Of a stretch of 64,000 nt of DNA, positions 46,190-55,506 are shown one piece after another. This stretch comes from Bdellovibrionales bacterium. Lineage in GTDB: Bacteria; Pseudomonadota; Alphaproteobacteria; UBA9219. The stretch is taken from NCBI GenBank assembly GCA_041662785.1, contig JBAZRW010000001.1:375768-439767 (forward strand), in the 5' to 3' direction. Position 1 is the first letter of the stretch. Each line of letters begins with the position of its first letter. The notes beneath the pieces are model-generated. The model did no database searches and was not told where the DNA came from. It saw only the letters and a program-made list of their open reading frames with translations. Made by a program: the position numbers and the translations under genes.

Positions 46190-47427
46190 GACGCCCCCTG
46201 TTCCTGTTGAGGTGGTGGTATTTCTTGGTTGCCTGTTTTTTGTGCCGTGGCCTGATCCAAATAATCTGCCCAGTCCTGCATCATTATTTTGCGCTCAGGG
46301 AGAAACTTGGCGCGGTCGTAGGCTGCGTCGATTTTGTTGCGCTGCATGTGATCCAGCTGACGATCAACGACTTCATGGCGATAGCCGAGCTTTTCTTTGA
46401 TCGTGGACATGGCAAGGGCGCGGAAGCCGTGACCTGTCATTTTCCCCTTGTACCCGAGCCGCTTCAACGCACTTAGAACCGTGTTCTCGCTCATGTGTTT
46501 TTTGGGATGAACCTGATTGGGGAAAACAAGCTCCCACTGGCCTGTGAGTTTATGCAACTCACGCAGGACACCTACGGCCTGTTTTGATAAAGGAACGATG
46601 TGGGGGCATCGCTTCATCTTTGTGTGTGGGGTTGGGACAACCCATTGCTGGCCATCCAAATCAAACTCATCCCATGTGGCTTTCAGCATTTCTCCCGTGC
46701 GAACGAAGGTGAGCATGAGAAAACGAACAGCAAGACGGGTCTGTATAAAGAGACGGGCATCATTGTTTTGAAGCGTCAGGAGGAAGGCCGGAAGTTCGTC
46801 CGCGTCGATTGCTGCATAGTGCCCTGCTGTATGGGGCTGTAAAATGCCGCGCAAGGCAAGGGCAGGATTGTTCTGTGCGCGGTCTGTGAGTATGGCGTAA
46901 CGGAAAACCTGACTGCAATACTGAATGGCACGACGTGCCATCTCATGAGCCCCGCGCTTTTCGATCTTCTGGATGAGGGCGCGAACGTCAGAACCAACGA
47001 GGTCAGCGATGGGGCGCGAGCCAAGTTCGGGAAAAACGTCCATTTCCAGCCTGTGCAAAATGTCCTTTGCATGGCCTTGCGACCACCGTGCTTTTTGGTG
47101 TTCGTGCCACTCTCTCGCAACAACCTCAAAAGTGTTGTTAGCGTTTAGCGCGATCTGGCGTTTTCTTTCTTGCTTGGCTTGGCCGGGGTCTGTTCCTTGG
47201 GCAAGAAGCTTACGGGCAGCTTCGCGCCGTTCGCGGGCATCAAGCAGGGAAACTTCGGGATAGACACCCAAGGCGAGCCGCTTCTCTTTGTTCACAAAGC
47301 GATATTTTAGCCGCCAGTATTTACTGCCGTTCGGCATGACTTCAAGATACAGGCCGCCGCCGTCCGACAGCTTAAAGGCATTTGCTCGGGGTTTTTCGTT
47401 CTTGCAAGTGGTATTTGTCAGGGGCAT
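46186..47427 (-). CDS. int: Tyrosine recombinase, P4-type integrase (DUF4102-type N-terminus)
   Basis: N-terminus LSDGGGLYLEVMPNGSKYWRLKYRF..KEKRLALGVYPEVSLLDAR. Catalytic region ...TGHGFRA...HMQRN...AY. Start taken at MPLTNTT (ATG 47427). Confidence 0.9.
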   Translation of the reverse strand: MPLTNTTCKNEKPRANAFKLSDGGGLYLEVMPNGSKYWRLKYRFVNKEKRLALGVYPEVSLLDARERREAARKLLAQGTDPGQAKQERKRQIALNANNTFEVVAREWHEHQKARWSQGHAKDILHRLEMDVFPELGSRPIADLVGSDVRALIQKIEKRGAHEMARRAIQYCSQVFRYAILTDRAQNNPALALRGILQPHTAGHYAAIDADELPAFLLTLQNNDARLFIQTRLAVRFLMLTFVRTGEMLKATWDEFDLDGQQWVVPTPHTKMKRCPHIVPLSKQAVGVLRELHKLTGQWELVFPNQVHPKKHMSENTVLSALKRLGYKGKMTGHGFRALAMSTIKEKLGYRHEVVDRQLDHMQRNKIDAAYDRAKFLPERKIMMQDWADYLDQATAQKTGNQEIPPPQQEQGAS

Positions 47428-47478
47428 GGGGGCATATTTTCTGTGCCCCCAGAGGTTCTGCCCCCACTTATGCCCCCA
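47427..47478. promoter_or_regulatory. TGCCCCCA octamer cluster (3 direct + 1 inverted) at the integrase-proximal island end
   Basis: TGGGGGCA at 47427, and TGCCCCCA at 47444, 47459 and 47471. The same octamer occurs at 42011 and 42023. Confidence 0.4.
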
Positions 47479-47590
47479 ATTGGGCAGGGTGTAGAAAAGC
47501 ATCCTTGGACGGCACTGGACAATAATGCCCAGCTTTTGCAGAGAAATTCAAGAGGTATTGGATGATTTGGGATGCTTTGAAATCAGAAGA

Positions 47591-47665
47591 TGGAGCGGGT
47601 GAAGGGAATCGAACCCTCGTAAGAAGCTTGGGAAGCTCCTGCTCTACCATTGAGCTACACCCGCA
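47591..47665 (-). tRNA. tRNA-Gly (anticodon CCC)
   Basis: The reverse complement reads GCGGGTGTAGCTCAATGGTAGAGCAGGAGCTTCCCAAGCTTC...GGTTCGATTCCCTTCACCCGCTCCA. Confidence 0.9.
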
Positions 47666-47714
47666 TACAAATAACACCAACAGCCTTTTGAAACGATCCA
47701 TTAAAAAAATAAGA

Positions 47715-47803
47715 AAACTGGATCCCCGCTTTCGCGGGGATGACACTTGTGGATTGATATTAAAAACAAAGCCGTCATTCCCGCGAAAGCGGGAATCCAG
47801 TTT
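47715..47803. repeat. Family-A element, 89-bp class
   Basis: Arms at 47715-47744 and 47774-47803. The spacer ACTTGTGGATTGATATTAAAAACAAAGCC is the reverse complement of the spacer of the 60812-60900 copy. Confidence 0.85.
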
Positions 47804-47993
47804 GTTTTCTATCTTAATGAGTCACGTCATCGTTCCATTGGTATAACATTTAGCTTTTTGCTCGCCTACGCTCGCGGGCATTGAGACCTGCCCGCAATAA
47901 AAGCAAACAAGGCCCGCCCGTTTGTGGGCTGCACCATAACAATCTTTTGATCCGGTTTCAACGCCTCAAAAAAGGGCTCAACTAGATTCCGTC

Positions 47994-49478
47994 TTACCCC
48001 ACAAACGGAGGTTTTGCCGCAAAGCCTGCTGCCGATTCAAGGGCCGAGGCGGCCTTAAACAACGTCATTTCGTCAAAGGCCTTCCCGATCAACTGCAGCC
48101 CCATGGGCAAACCGTTTGCGCAAAGCTGCATTGGCACGACGATGCCCGGTAATCCCGCAAGGTTGAGCGTGACGGTGAAAACGTCCTCCAAATACATTTT
48201 AATGGGATCGTCTTCGTTCTCGCCAATGGCAAAAGCCGTTGATGGCGCGGAGGGCGTCAGTATCACGTCGCACTTTTCAAAGGCGTCGATAAAATCTTGC
48301 CGGATCAGGCGGCGCACGCGCTGCGCTTTTTTATAATAGGCATCGTAATAGCCCGCTGATAGCACATACGTTCCCATCAGGATGCGGCGGCGCACCTCAA
48401 CGCCAAAGCCCGCGCCTCGCGTGTTTTCATACATGTCGGCAAGGCTTTCGCCGCCGACCCGCTTGCCAAAGCGCACGCCGTCATAGCGGGCTAGGTTCGA
48501 TGACGCCTCGGCGGGCGCGATGATGTAATAGGTGGGCAGGGCGTATTTGGTATGAGGCAGCGAAAGCTCAACCACCTCTGCGCCCGCTTCGCGCAGCATT
48601 TGCGCGGCCTTTTCCCAAATGCCATCGATTTCGGCAGGAATGCCATCAATGCGATATTCGCGAGGGATGCCGACGCGAAGCCCCTTGATAGACTGGCCGA
48701 GCGCTTGCGTAAAATCAGGCACAGGCAAATCCACCGAGGTGGAATCTTTAGGATCATGTCCCGCCATTTCGCGCAGCATAAGCGCGGCATCAGCGACGGT
48801 GCGCGTCATGGGCCCTGCCTGATCGAGTGACGAGGCATAGGCGATAATGCCAAAGCGTGAGCAGCGGCCATAGGTCGGCTTAATGCCGACGATGCCCGTG
48901 ATAGCGGCGGGCTGGCGGATCGACCCGCCTGTATCCGTCCCCGTTGCGGCCAGCGCCATGCGTCCCGCTACGGCGGCGGCACTGCCGCCCGAAGAGCCGC
49001 CCGGAACCAGCTTACGCACCGCGTTCGCGGGGTCTTCGCCCGACCAAGGGCTAATGACATTGCCATAGGCCGACGTGGTGTTGGAGGAGCCCATCGCGAA
49101 CTCATCCAAGTTGGCCTTGCCCAAGGTGATGCACCCAGCGTCTGCCAGTTTTTGCGACACGGTGGATTCATAAGGGGGGACGAAGCCTTCTAAAATCTTG
49201 CTGCCCGCCGTCGTTTGCACGCCCTTGGTGCAATACAAATCTTTCATGGCAATAGGGGTGCCGTCCATGGCCCCCGCATGTCCCGCCGCGCGTCGCGCAT
49301 CCGAAGCCTTGGCGGCCTCGCGTGCCTGATCAAAGGTTGTGACGATATAGGCGTTGGTGGCGGCCTGCCCCTTGACGCTGGCTTTGATATAGCGGTCGGT
49401 CAGCTCAACAGCAGAGAATTCTTTTTTCGCAAGGCCAGCCAAGGCCTGCGTCATCGAAAGATCGGTTAAATCGGTCAT
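47994..49478 (-). CDS. gatA: Glu-tRNA(Gln)/Asp-tRNA(Asn) amidotransferase subunit A
   Basis: Amidase signature [12 protein letters not shown], plus [11 protein letters not shown]. Confidence 0.95.
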   Translation of the reverse strand: MTDLTDLSMTQALAGLAKKEFSAVELTDRYIKASVKGQAATNAYIVTTFDQAREAAKASDARRAAGHAGAMDGTPIAMKDLYCTKGVQTTAGSKILEGFVPPYESTVSQKLADAGCITLGKANLDEFAMGSSNTTSAYGNVISPWSGEDPANAVRKLVPGGSSGGSAAAVAGRMALAATGTDTGGSIRQPAAITGIVGIKPTYGRCSRFGIIAYASSLDQAGPMTRTVADAALMLREMAGHDPKDSTSVDLPVPDFTQALGQSIKGLRVGIPREYRIDGIPAEIDGIWEKAAQMLREAGAEVVELSLPHTKYALPTYYIIAPAEASSNLARYDGVRFGKRVGGESLADMYENTRGAGFGVEVRRRILMGTYVLSAGYYDAYYKKAQRVRRLIRQDFIDAFEKCDVILTPSAPSTAFAIGENEDDPIKMYLEDVFTVTLNLAGLPGIVVPMQLCANGLPMGLQLIGKAFDEMTLFKAASALESAAGFAAKPPFVG

Positions 49479-49511
49479 GGTCGTTTTTCCAAACTAACAG
49501 GTTGTTTTAAC

Positions 49512-49598
49512 AAACGGGACTCCCGCTTTCGCGGGAGTGACGGGAAAGGGAAATTGGTTGTCCCCTTCGTCATCCCCGCGCAAGCGGGGATCCCGTTT
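49512..49598. repeat. Family-A element in the gatC-gatA intergenic spacer
   Basis: Arms AAACGGGACTCCCGCTTTCGCGGGAGTGAC and GTCATCCCCGCGCAAGCGGGGATCCCGTTT. Confidence 0.85.
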
Positions 49599-49605
49599 TT
49601 ATTTT

Positions 49606-49896
49606 TTATTCCACCACCTTAGGGACGGTAAAGAAGTCAGCGGTTTTAGAGGGCGCGTTGGCAAGGATATCTTGCGGCTTATCGCCATCGGTAACGACGT
49701 CTTGTTCACGCCAGCCGAGAGAGGCATCGTTGACGTTGGCCATCGGCTCCACGCCCTCGACGTTCACTTCGTCCAGCTGGCCAACCCAAGCAAGGATTTT
49801 GTTAAGGTCGCCCGCAACGCTTTGTTGCTGTTCGGGCGGGATTTTAAGGCACGCAAGGCGCGCGATTTTGACAACGGTGTTGATATCGACGGTCAT
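49606..49896 (-). CDS. gatC: Glu-tRNA(Gln)/Asp-tRNA(Asn) amidotransferase subunit C
   Basis: MTVDINTVVKIARLACLKIPPEQQ... is a typical GatC (96 aa). It lies upstream of gatA. Confidence 0.85.
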   Translation of the reverse strand: MTVDINTVVKIARLACLKIPPEQQQSVAGDLNKILAWVGQLDEVNVEGVEPMANVNDASLGWREQDVVTDGDKPQDILANAPSKTADFFTVPKVVE

Positions 49897-49969
49897 GGCA
49901 TCCCACAGGTGAAAGGTTTTTATAAACGCTTCATGCTTCAAAAGGAGAGTGCGATTGTATAGAAAAAGA

Positions 49970-50057
49970 AAACGGGATTCCCGCTTTCGCGGGAATGACG
50001 GTTTTTGTTTTCCGTTTCTCCCGCTCCGTCACCCCCGCAAAAGCGGGGGTCCCGTTT
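49970..50057. repeat. Family-A element between divergent gatC and ruvX
   Basis: Arms at 49970-49999 and 50028-50057 (the second is the variant GTCACCCCCGCAAAAGCGGGGGTCCCGTTT). Confidence 0.8.
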
Positions 50058-50138
50058 GTTTTCTTATCGCGCAAACCTTTCGAAATTTTTTGAGTACAGA
50101 GTCTTTGGCAAAAAGCCAAAAGCAAGCTATCATCGGCC

Positions 50139-50633
50139 ATGGCCATCTGCAACCTTTCCGATATGCCCGCCCTGTTAAAGCCCGACCAATGCCTTTTGGG
50201 GCTGGATTACGGCAGCGTTGTCATTGGCGTCGCTATAGCGGACCCCGCCTCGCGGGTGGCCTCGCCCCTTATGGGGCTGGTAAGGCGCAAATTCACGCAA
50301 GATCGCGAGGTTTTGAGCCAAATTATTACTGAGCGCAACATCGGTGGCCTTATTCTGGGCCTGCCTAAGAATATGGATGGAACCGAAGGCCCCATGGCGC
50401 AGGCGGTTCGGACGTTCGCCTCGAACCTTATGCGCCGCGCTGCGCTGCCTCACCCCAACATGCCGATTGCCTTTTGGGACGAGCGTTTTTCCACGGCGGC
50501 GGTAACCCGCGCCATGATCGCGGATGATCGCTCACGCAAGCAACGGGACGAAACGGTTGATAAAGCCGCCGCCGCCTATATTCTGCAAGGGGCGCTGGAT
50601 GCCCTGCAATCGATGAAGAAGGAGAGTGCATGA
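50139..50633 (+). CDS. ruvX: YqgF/RuvX-family putative pre-16S rRNA nuclease
   Basis: LLGLDYGSVVIGVAIAD, ...GLPKNMDGTEGP... and DERFST. Confidence 0.85.
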   Translation: MAICNLSDMPALLKPDQCLLGLDYGSVVIGVAIADPASRVASPLMGLVRRKFTQDREVLSQIITERNIGGLILGLPKNMDGTEGPMAQAVRTFASNLMRRAALPHPNMPIAFWDERFSTAAVTRAMIADDRSRKQRDETVDKAAAAYILQGALDALQSMKKESA

Positions 50634-51202
50634 ACGAACCTGCCCGTTTCTCACTTTTTTATGCCTCGCGTGATGGTCAGGCGGCGCGGGTCGCGACCTT
50701 TTTGGCGGGCCATTTAACGACGATGGGGCACGAAGCCGTCGCTTTTGATTTGGGACGCGATCAGCCGCCCGTGGCCTTATGGGACGATTCGACGGCGTGT
50801 TTTGTTATTGCGCCTATACGCTTTGGCAAGCATTTGCCGCCTGTCGATGATTTTATCAAGCGCCATAAGAAAACGTTAAACGAGCAGCCGTTGGTTTTGG
50901 TCTCGATCAATTTGACGGCGCGGAAAAAGGGCAAGGACACGCCAGAGGCCAATCCCTATTTGGGGAGGTGGGTGAAAAAGCATGGCCTCCGTCCTTTTAT
51001 CGCGACGGTTTTTGCGGGCAAGCTGGATTACAAACTTTATAGCTGGTGGGAAAAGCAAGCGATCCGCTTGATTATGAAAATAACGGGCGGGCCAACAAAT
51101 CTGGACGCGGCCATCGATTTTACGCCGTGGGATAAGGTTGAGTCTTTGGCCAAACGCGTTGCGCTTTTGGCTCCACCTGTTCAAGAGGAAGAAGTGGCAT
51201 GA
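50630..51202 (+). CDS. Flavodoxin-like protein, HemG-type protoporphyrinogen oxidase candidate
   Basis: N-terminus FSLFYASRDGQAARVATFLAGHL resembles HemG and long-chain flavodoxins. About 190 aa. Confidence 0.55.
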   Translation: MNEPARFSLFYASRDGQAARVATFLAGHLTTMGHEAVAFDLGRDQPPVALWDDSTACFVIAPIRFGKHLPPVDDFIKRHKKTLNEQPLVLVSINLTARKKGKDTPEANPYLGRWVKKHGLRPFIATVFAGKLDYKLYSWWEKQAIRLIMKITGGPTNLDAAIDFTPWDKVESLAKRVALLAPPVQEEEVA

Positions 51203-52107
51203 CGTCCGCGCGGGTAGCCATTGTTTTTGGCGGCTCCGGCTTTTTGGGGCATACCGTTGTGCAGGCCTTGGTGGCCAAGGGCTATACGGTGCGCGTGCCA
51301 ACGCGGGATTTGAATAAGGCGCAGGACCTCAAAGTTCTGGGCGCGGTGGGGCAGGTCATCCCGTTCTTGGCGTCTATAAGGTCGGACGCTTCGGTCGCGC
51401 TGGCGGTTGAGGGCTGTGACGTTGCCATCAACCTGATCGGCCCCTTGTGCGAAAAAAACAAAAAGGGAGCATCGCTTGCCCCTGTCGAGACAGCGGCGCG
51501 ACTGGCGCGGCTTGCGAAGAGCGCGGGCGTGAAACATTTTGTCCACATTTCTTCGTTGGGGCAGGATCGTCGCGCCGCCTCATGCTTTGCGCAAACCAAG
51601 GTGCGGGGCGAGGAAGCCGTTCGCGCCTTTTTCCCTAGCGCCGTGATCTTTCGACCCAGCCTGATGTTCGGCCCCCGCGATCGCTTTTTTACGCGCCTTG
51701 CGTTGATGGCGCGGTATTGGCTTTTTCTTCCCCTGCTGAGTGGCGGGGTGGCGCGCTTTCAGCCCGTTTATGTCGGCGATGTGGCAGCGGCCATCATGGT
51801 CGCGCTAAGCAACCCCTCCGCGCAAGGCGGCACGTTTGATCTTGTCGGCCCGCGCACTTATTCCTTGCGTGACTTGATGCTGGTCACGGCCCGCGTGATG
51901 AATAAAAAATGTATTTTGTTTCCCGTGCCTGTTTGGCTTGCGCGGGCGGTGGTGAAGCTTCTTTCTCTACTGCCCTCGCCCCCATTAACGCGAGAGCACA
52001 TTGATCTGTTGCTGACGGACAGTCTTTCGCGGGACGGCAGCGCGTTGCCCCAGTGGGGCATCACGCCCGCGCCGCTGGAAGATATTTTGCCGACTTATTT
52101 GTGCTGA
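51199..52107 (+). CDS. NAD(P)-binding atypical SDR, complex I NDUFA9-like family
   Basis: VFGGSGFLGHTVV Rossmann motif, 302 aa. Confidence 0.7.
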   Translation: MTSARVAIVFGGSGFLGHTVVQALVAKGYTVRVPTRDLNKAQDLKVLGAVGQVIPFLASIRSDASVALAVEGCDVAINLIGPLCEKNKKGASLAPVETAARLARLAKSAGVKHFVHISSLGQDRRAASCFAQTKVRGEEAVRAFFPSAVIFRPSLMFGPRDRFFTRLALMARYWLFLPLLSGGVARFQPVYVGDVAAAIMVALSNPSAQGGTFDLVGPRTYSLRDLMLVTARVMNKKCILFPVPVWLARAVVKLLSLLPSPPLTREHIDLLLTDSLSRDGSALPQWGITPAPLEDILPTYLC

Positions 52108-52183
52108 AGGATTTTGTGCGTGATCCACCCCACCCTACACACCCACGTTTTGTTTTTTATGAGAGATATCAAAAAAACAGATC

Positions 52184-52289
52184 GTCATTCCGGCGAAGGC
52201 CGGAATCCAGCGCCGCGCGTCTGCGCGGCAAAAGACTCATGTGCGCGGCAGACGCCGCGCGACTGGATCCCGACTTTCGTCGGGATGAC
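52184..52289. repeat. Family-A variant pair in tail-to-tail arrangement
   Basis: GTCATTCCGGCGAAGGCCGGAATCCAG ... CTGGATCCCGACTTTCGTCGGGATGAC, with an internal GC-rich inverted repeat. Confidence 0.6.
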
Positions 52290-52352
52290 AGGAAGACTGA
52301 GGTTTATCTTGCCATTAAAAAATAATCAGTTGAACTGTAAGGTAATCTGCGC

Positions 52353-53444
52353 GTGACTTCTTCTCCCCCCTCTTCAGCCGCGGCGCGGCACTGGAAACTT
52401 GATCGACCCCTGTGGGGGCTGTCCCCCAACCGTCGTGGCGATTGGGCTTTGGGCGCTTTGGGCGACGGGGCGCTGGTTGTCGTGCCGTCCAGCGATACGG
52501 GCGCGCCGCCGCGCCTTATCGCGGGGCATCAGGGCGTGAGTCTGGAAATCGCGGCAGACGCTGACGATCATGCCTTTTTGTCGGGCGGCGATGATGGCCG
52601 CCTCCTTTTAGTCGATCCGCAAATTGATGTGCCAACGCTTTTGGCCGAGCACGCGGGCAAATGGATTGATCATGTCGCCTCATCCAGCGAGGGGCTTCGC
52701 GCCTATGCCATTGGAAAGATGCTTTATCGTTTGGATGACGCTGCGCAAGAATATGCCCCTCCTTTGACGTTGCCCAGCAGCATCGGCGGGCTGGCGTTTA
52801 GCCCCGATGGCCAGCTGCTTGCCATCAGCCATTACGGTGGCGTGAGCGTGTTGTCGTGCAAGAAGCCTTTAAAGGCCCCCACCCTTTTGCCTTGGAAAGG
52901 CTCGCACCTTTCCCTTTTGTGGAGTCCTGACGGCCAGTTTCTTTTGTCCTCGATGCAGGATGGCGCGGTGCATGGCTGGCTGTTTCAAGGCGGCGTCCCG
53001 TCGCCCGAAGAGGGGCGTGAGATGCACATGCAGGGCTATGAAACGAAAATTGCCTCGATGCGCTTTACAACGGGCGGAAAATATCTGGCGACCAGTGGCG
53101 CGGCGCAAGTTGTTTGCTGGCCGTTTGGCGGCGAGGGTCCGTGGGACAAAAGCCCCCTTATGCTGGGCGGCGCTGAAGCGCGGCTGGTGGGCCACGTCGC
53201 GCCCCATCCTGTCGATCCTGTGGTCGCGGCGGGCTATGATGACGGGATGGTGATCCTTGCGCCGCTTGATGGACGGATGGAGATTATGATCCACCCGCCT
53301 GTGGCGGCGCGCGGTGCGGGCGTTGTGGGGATGGTGTGGAGCGGTGAGGGCGATGGCCTCGTTGTTGGCCTAGAAAATGGCCATTTGCTTCTTTTCACAC
53401 ATTCCTCAATCGCGGGCTTTGTGCGCGGGCGGTTTGGGGGATAG
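52353..53444 (+). CDS. WD40-like beta-propeller repeat protein (363 aa)
   Basis: Repeated motifs LAFSPDGQLLAISHYGG, LLWSPDGQFLLSSMQDGAVHGW and MRFTTGGKYLATSGAAQVVCW. GTG start. Confidence 0.6.
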   Translation: MTSSPPSSAAARHWKLDRPLWGLSPNRRGDWALGALGDGALVVVPSSDTGAPPRLIAGHQGVSLEIAADADDHAFLSGGDDGRLLLVDPQIDVPTLLAEHAGKWIDHVASSSEGLRAYAIGKMLYRLDDAAQEYAPPLTLPSSIGGLAFSPDGQLLAISHYGGVSVLSCKKPLKAPTLLPWKGSHLSLLWSPDGQFLLSSMQDGAVHGWLFQGGVPSPEEGREMHMQGYETKIASMRFTTGGKYLATSGAAQVVCWPFGGEGPWDKSPLMLGGAEARLVGHVAPHPVDPVVAAGYDDGMVILAPLDGRMEIMIHPPVAARGAGVVGMVWSGEGDGLVVGLENGHLLLFTHSSIAGFVRGRFGG

Positions 53445-53462
53445 GGTTGCCTGTTTTTGTCC

Positions 53463-53798
53463 TTATGCGGGAACGCAGGAGGTCGCTGCTGCAAGCACCG
53501 CATCGGCAAAGGACGTAGCCATTCTAGGAGATAGGGAAACGGGAACGGACAGATTGCTTGCGGTTTTGAAATTTGCAACAATGGCTCCGCCGTTGTTCAG
53601 AGACGGTTGAGCTTCTTTTATGGCGGCGGCAACGGCTGTTGCTTCACGGCCATTTATCGAAAAAAAAGCCGCCACACCGTCTGAGTTTTTATAGGCAATG
53701 GCCACACGCCCGTTATCGTGTGCAATATCGCAAGAAGAAAACTGGGGCTGTTCTTTGGTGGGGAATATGGCGTCGAATTGGGCAAATGTGGGAAACAT
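53463..53798 (-). CDS. Hypothetical protein (111 aa)
   Basis: ORF only; no motif recognised. Confidence 0.35.
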   Translation of the reverse strand: MFPTFAQFDAIFPTKEQPQFSSCDIAHDNGRVAIAYKNSDGVAAFFSINGREATAVAAAIKEAQPSLNNGGAIVANFKTASNLSVPVSLSPRMATSFADAVLAAATSCVPA

Positions 53799-54103
53799 GG
53801 CGGGCTCCTTTTTATGGTTTGTGCTTGACCCCTTGAGGGGGTGGCGGCTTTTTCTGGTGCTATCAATGGGGTCAGATCGTTTTATAAATGCGCTTGCCGC
53901 GTAAGTCGCCCCGTAAGGCGGCCTAGCAGCGCGGCAGAAAATAAGATATGGTCAGTGCGTTTCGTCATGAAAAGAAGTATCACCTATGGCGCGACAAAAA
54001 ACAATGAAAAAATGCGCATTTTTATACTTTCATGACGTTTTGTTGCGTTCCGTGTAATAAAGTTGCGCGGGGCTGGGTCGAATAATTTCAGTAATATGTT
54101 CTC

Positions 54104-54224
54104 GTCATTGCGAGCGACCAACGGGAGCGCGGCAATCCATCTCCTGTATTTGCCGTTTTTGAGAATGTTTGCCAATCTAGGAGATGGACTGCCGCGTCGC
54201 CTTTTCAAGGCTCCTCGCAGTGAC
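54104..54224 (+). repeat. Family-B MITE-like element (short copy)
   Basis: GTCATTGCGAGCGACCAACGGGAGCGCGGCAA ... TCCATCTCCT ... AGGAGATGGA ... CTCGCAGTGAC. Confidence 0.7.
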
Positions 54225-54271
54225 GGCTAGGGGGGCATGGAAATCAAAAGTCTCGGCTATAGGAGCAAAAA

Positions 54272-55045
54272 ATGGAAACCAGCATTCTGATTACGGGTGG
54301 CTCAAGCGGCCTTGGCGCGGCGTTGGCGCAGTCATATGCCGCGCCTGACGTGACCCTTTTTTTAAGCGGGCGTGATGCTGCAAGGTTGGAGGGTGTCGCC
54401 GCCCGTTGCCGCGCTAAGGGCGCGTGCGTTGAGGCGACCATTGTGGACGTGACGGATGGCGCGGCCATGGCTTCGTGGATTGATCAGTGCGATCAAACCG
54501 CGCCGCTTAATCTGGTGATTGCTAATGCGGGTATTTCGGCGGGAACGGGCGGGGGTGGAGAAACGCCTGCCCAAACGAAGGCCGTTATGGAAACCAATGT
54601 GCAGGGCGTTTTTAACACGATCCATCCTGCTTTGGCGTTAATGAAGCCGCGTGGGCGCGGGCAGATTGCCATCATGGCCTCACTGGCTAGCTTTCGGGGG
54701 CTTGCGGGTGCGCCCGCCTATTGCGCCAGCAAGGCGGCTGTGCGTGTGTATGGCGAAGCCTTGCGGGACGAGCTTGCGCCGCAGGGCATCAAGATCAATG
54801 TGATTTGTCCGGGCTTTGTGAAGACGCCGATGACAGGGCAAAACGGCTTTCCGATGCCGTTTTTGATGGAGGCCGATAAGGCGGCGCGGATCATGAAAAG
54901 GGGGCTAGAGAAAAATAAAGCCCGCATCGTTTTCCCGTGGCGGCTGGCGGCGCTGGTGTGGCTTATGTCCGCGCTTTCCCCCAACTTGGCAGACGGGCTC
55001 TTTCGCCGTCTGCCAAGAAAAAGGGGCGTAGAGTCCCTCGGTTAA
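54272..55045 (+). CDS. Short-chain dehydrogenase/reductase
   Basis: TGGSSGLG cofactor motif, NAG, and the catalytic YCASKAA. Confidence 0.85.
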   Translation: METSILITGGSSGLGAALAQSYAAPDVTLFLSGRDAARLEGVAARCRAKGACVEATIVDVTDGAAMASWIDQCDQTAPLNLVIANAGISAGTGGGGETPAQTKAVMETNVQGVFNTIHPALALMKPRGRGQIAIMASLASFRGLAGAPAYCASKAAVRVYGEALRDELAPQGIKINVICPGFVKTPMTGQNGFPMPFLMEADKAARIMKRGLEKNKARIVFPWRLAALVWLMSALSPNLADGLFRRLPRKRGVESLG

Positions 55046-55506
55046 AGGGCGAGGGTAGCGGCTGTTGCCGTGGGGAGTCGGTGCCCCCCTGTGCTCAAGC
55101 GTGTGGGATATTGACCCAAAAAGGCCTCTGAAATAACGGCGGGCTCATTCGGGGGCATAATTTTAAGAAGGGAAAAAATAGCCGTTCCATCACGTTTTCC
55201 CTTCGCGATATCGTCGGCGTTAAGGGCGTATCCTGTCATGACGTCCTTCGACCCATTCACGACATACAAATAATCACATTTGTTTTTGAGCACCTCGGCC
55301 GGAATAGCGGGTGCGAAGGAGAGATTCTGGCTCCAGACATGTGGCCCGATAAAAGCGGCGGCCTCTTCTTTGGTGGCGGCGTTCACCATAAAACGACGAT
55401 CGGCATACTCGGCAAGAAAAAGAGCGGGCGCATAAAGGTGAACGTGGGAAGTTCCCGATGCATCGGCAATATAAAGAGGGGCCTGCATTTGTTTTTTATT
55501 GTTCAT
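55042..55506 (-). CDS. Hypothetical protein (154 aa)
   Basis: ATG at 55506 is preceded by GGAAAGGA. The longer 256-aa ORF would run into the ndk start region. Confidence 0.4.
   Translation of the reverse strand: MNNKKQMQAPLYIADASGTSHVHLYAPALFLAEYADRRFMVNAATKEEAAAFIGPHVWSQNLSFAPAIPAEVLKNKCDYLYVVNGSKDVMTGYALNADDIAKGKRDGTAIFSLLKIMPPNEPAVISEAFLGQYPTRLSTGGHRLPTATAATLAL

Larger units (their letters stand above)
41934..47607. mobile_element. Integrative genomic island (P4-like integrase/AlpA/PrimPol type) at tRNA-Gly(CCC)
   Basis: Bounded by the direct repeat TGGAGCGGTGAAGGGA (41934-41949) and TGGAGCGGGTGAAGGGA (47591-47607, the tRNA 3' end). The integrase lies next to the tRNA. Shared TGCCCCCA octamers at both ends. 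Visibly AT-richer than the parB and gatA flanks. Confidence 0.75.

Noticed and set aside
41934-47665. Intact prophage or intact P4-like satellite
   Set aside because: There are no capsid, terminase, tail, lysis or helicase genes. The PrimPol looks truncated and the cargo includes gene fragments. A degraded integrative island describes it better.
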